Source: Acidimicrobiia bacterium
Lineage (GTDB): Bacteria; Actinomycetota; Acidimicrobiia; Spongiisociales; UBA5794
Reading direction: 5' to 3'
DNA: 64,000 nucleotides
NCBI GenBank assembly: GCA_003235475.1
Contig: QJWC01000079.1
Coordinates: forward strand, 15,335-79,334
The notes beneath the pieces are model-generated. The model was not told where the DNA came from. It ran no database searches and was given only the letters and a program-made list of their open reading frames with translations. Of this stretch, positions 63,566 to 64,000 are shown one piece after another; position 1 is the stretch's first letter, and every line of letters begins with the position of its first letter. Position numbers and translations under genes: made by a program.

Positions 63566-64000
63566 CCTGACGCTCGCCGAGGCGTATGCGCAACCTGCCC
63601 CGGTTGCTGCAGACGTCGAAGCCATCATGGCCCGCAACATCGTCCGTCGAGCACTCGTCGTCGGGCCGCTGATCGTTGCGGTTGCGTGGTTCGCCCGTGG
63701 ATCCCTCGGCGGCATCTCGGCCGCCGTGGGCGTCGGCATCGTGCTGGCGAACTTCCTGCTGTCGGGGTGGGCGCTCTCGAAGGCGGCGAAGCTCTCCCTC
63801 AACATCTATCGAGCAGTTGCGATGTTCGGCTTCATCGTCCGCTTCGGCCTCCTCGCAGTTTCGATGTTCGTGGTTGCGTGGTTGTTCAATGTTGATCGTT
63901 TGGCTCTCGGGCTCGCGGCGATCGCGGCATTCCTTGCACTGCTGGTGCTCGAGTCGGTTGCGATGCTCCGTGGAGGAAGAAAGGAACTTGAGTGGGTTTG
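63554..64000 (+). CDS. atpI: ATP synthase protein I-like membrane protein, partial (runs off the window end)
   Basis: Own translation from the ATG at 63554: MDVDLTLAEAYAQPAPVAADVEAIMARNIVRRALVVGPLIVAVAWFARGSLGGISAAVGVGIVLANFLLSGWALSKAAKLS...FGFIVRFGLLAVSMFVVAWLF.... Four hydrophobic helices. 12-nt overlap with the previous gene. No stop in the window, so it is absent from the ORF track. Confidence 0.5.

Overview
This window is a high-GC, actinobacterial-type chromosome segment; the taxon is inferred only from gene order and protein style, and GC was not computed. I can support about 63 protein genes, 2 tRNAs (Ala-CGC, Arg-CCG), one decayed tRNA-Ala-like remnant, one clear bidirectional hairpin terminator and a few short repeats and palindromes. 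The content is mostly housekeeping. Left to right it holds: a peptide ABC importer; an ABC-2 exporter pair; a block of orphan lipoproteins; GT2 and acetyltransferase genes; gabD; a cell-wall neighbourhood (PG-binding lipoprotein, M23 peptidase, two LCP ligases, an orphan PAS-GAF histidine kinase); pgi-tal-galU-bcp-rlmN; an SLT transglycosylase; ggt; a pair of membrane HD-GYP-type proteins; crotonase; azlCD; acnA; mrp; a whiB-like gene. It ends with the classical actinobacterial backbone argS / hom-thrC / rho-rpmE-prfA-prmC-tsaC / glyA / start of the atp operon. I found no CRISPR array, transposase, integrase, phage gene or recognisable defence or toxin-antitoxin module. No region is a convincing new system from sequence alone. 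The best candidates for a second look are these. (1) The translationally coupled HD-GYP plus degenerate HD-GYP membrane pair, with its 523-bp leader, a 29-codon sORF and an adjacent DUF5317-like gene. (2) The five-gene orphan lipoprotein block next to a decayed tRNA-Ala copy. (3) Two tandem M23 peptidases with an unassigned ~270-aa C-terminal domain, sitting where lysA normally lies. (4) A perfect 20-bp palindrome upstream of acnA. Many long ORFs in the supplied track are antisense high-GC artefacts and were rejected. Start codons were often moved to internal ATG/GTG/TTG sites on the basis of conserved N-termini and 4-nt overlaps.
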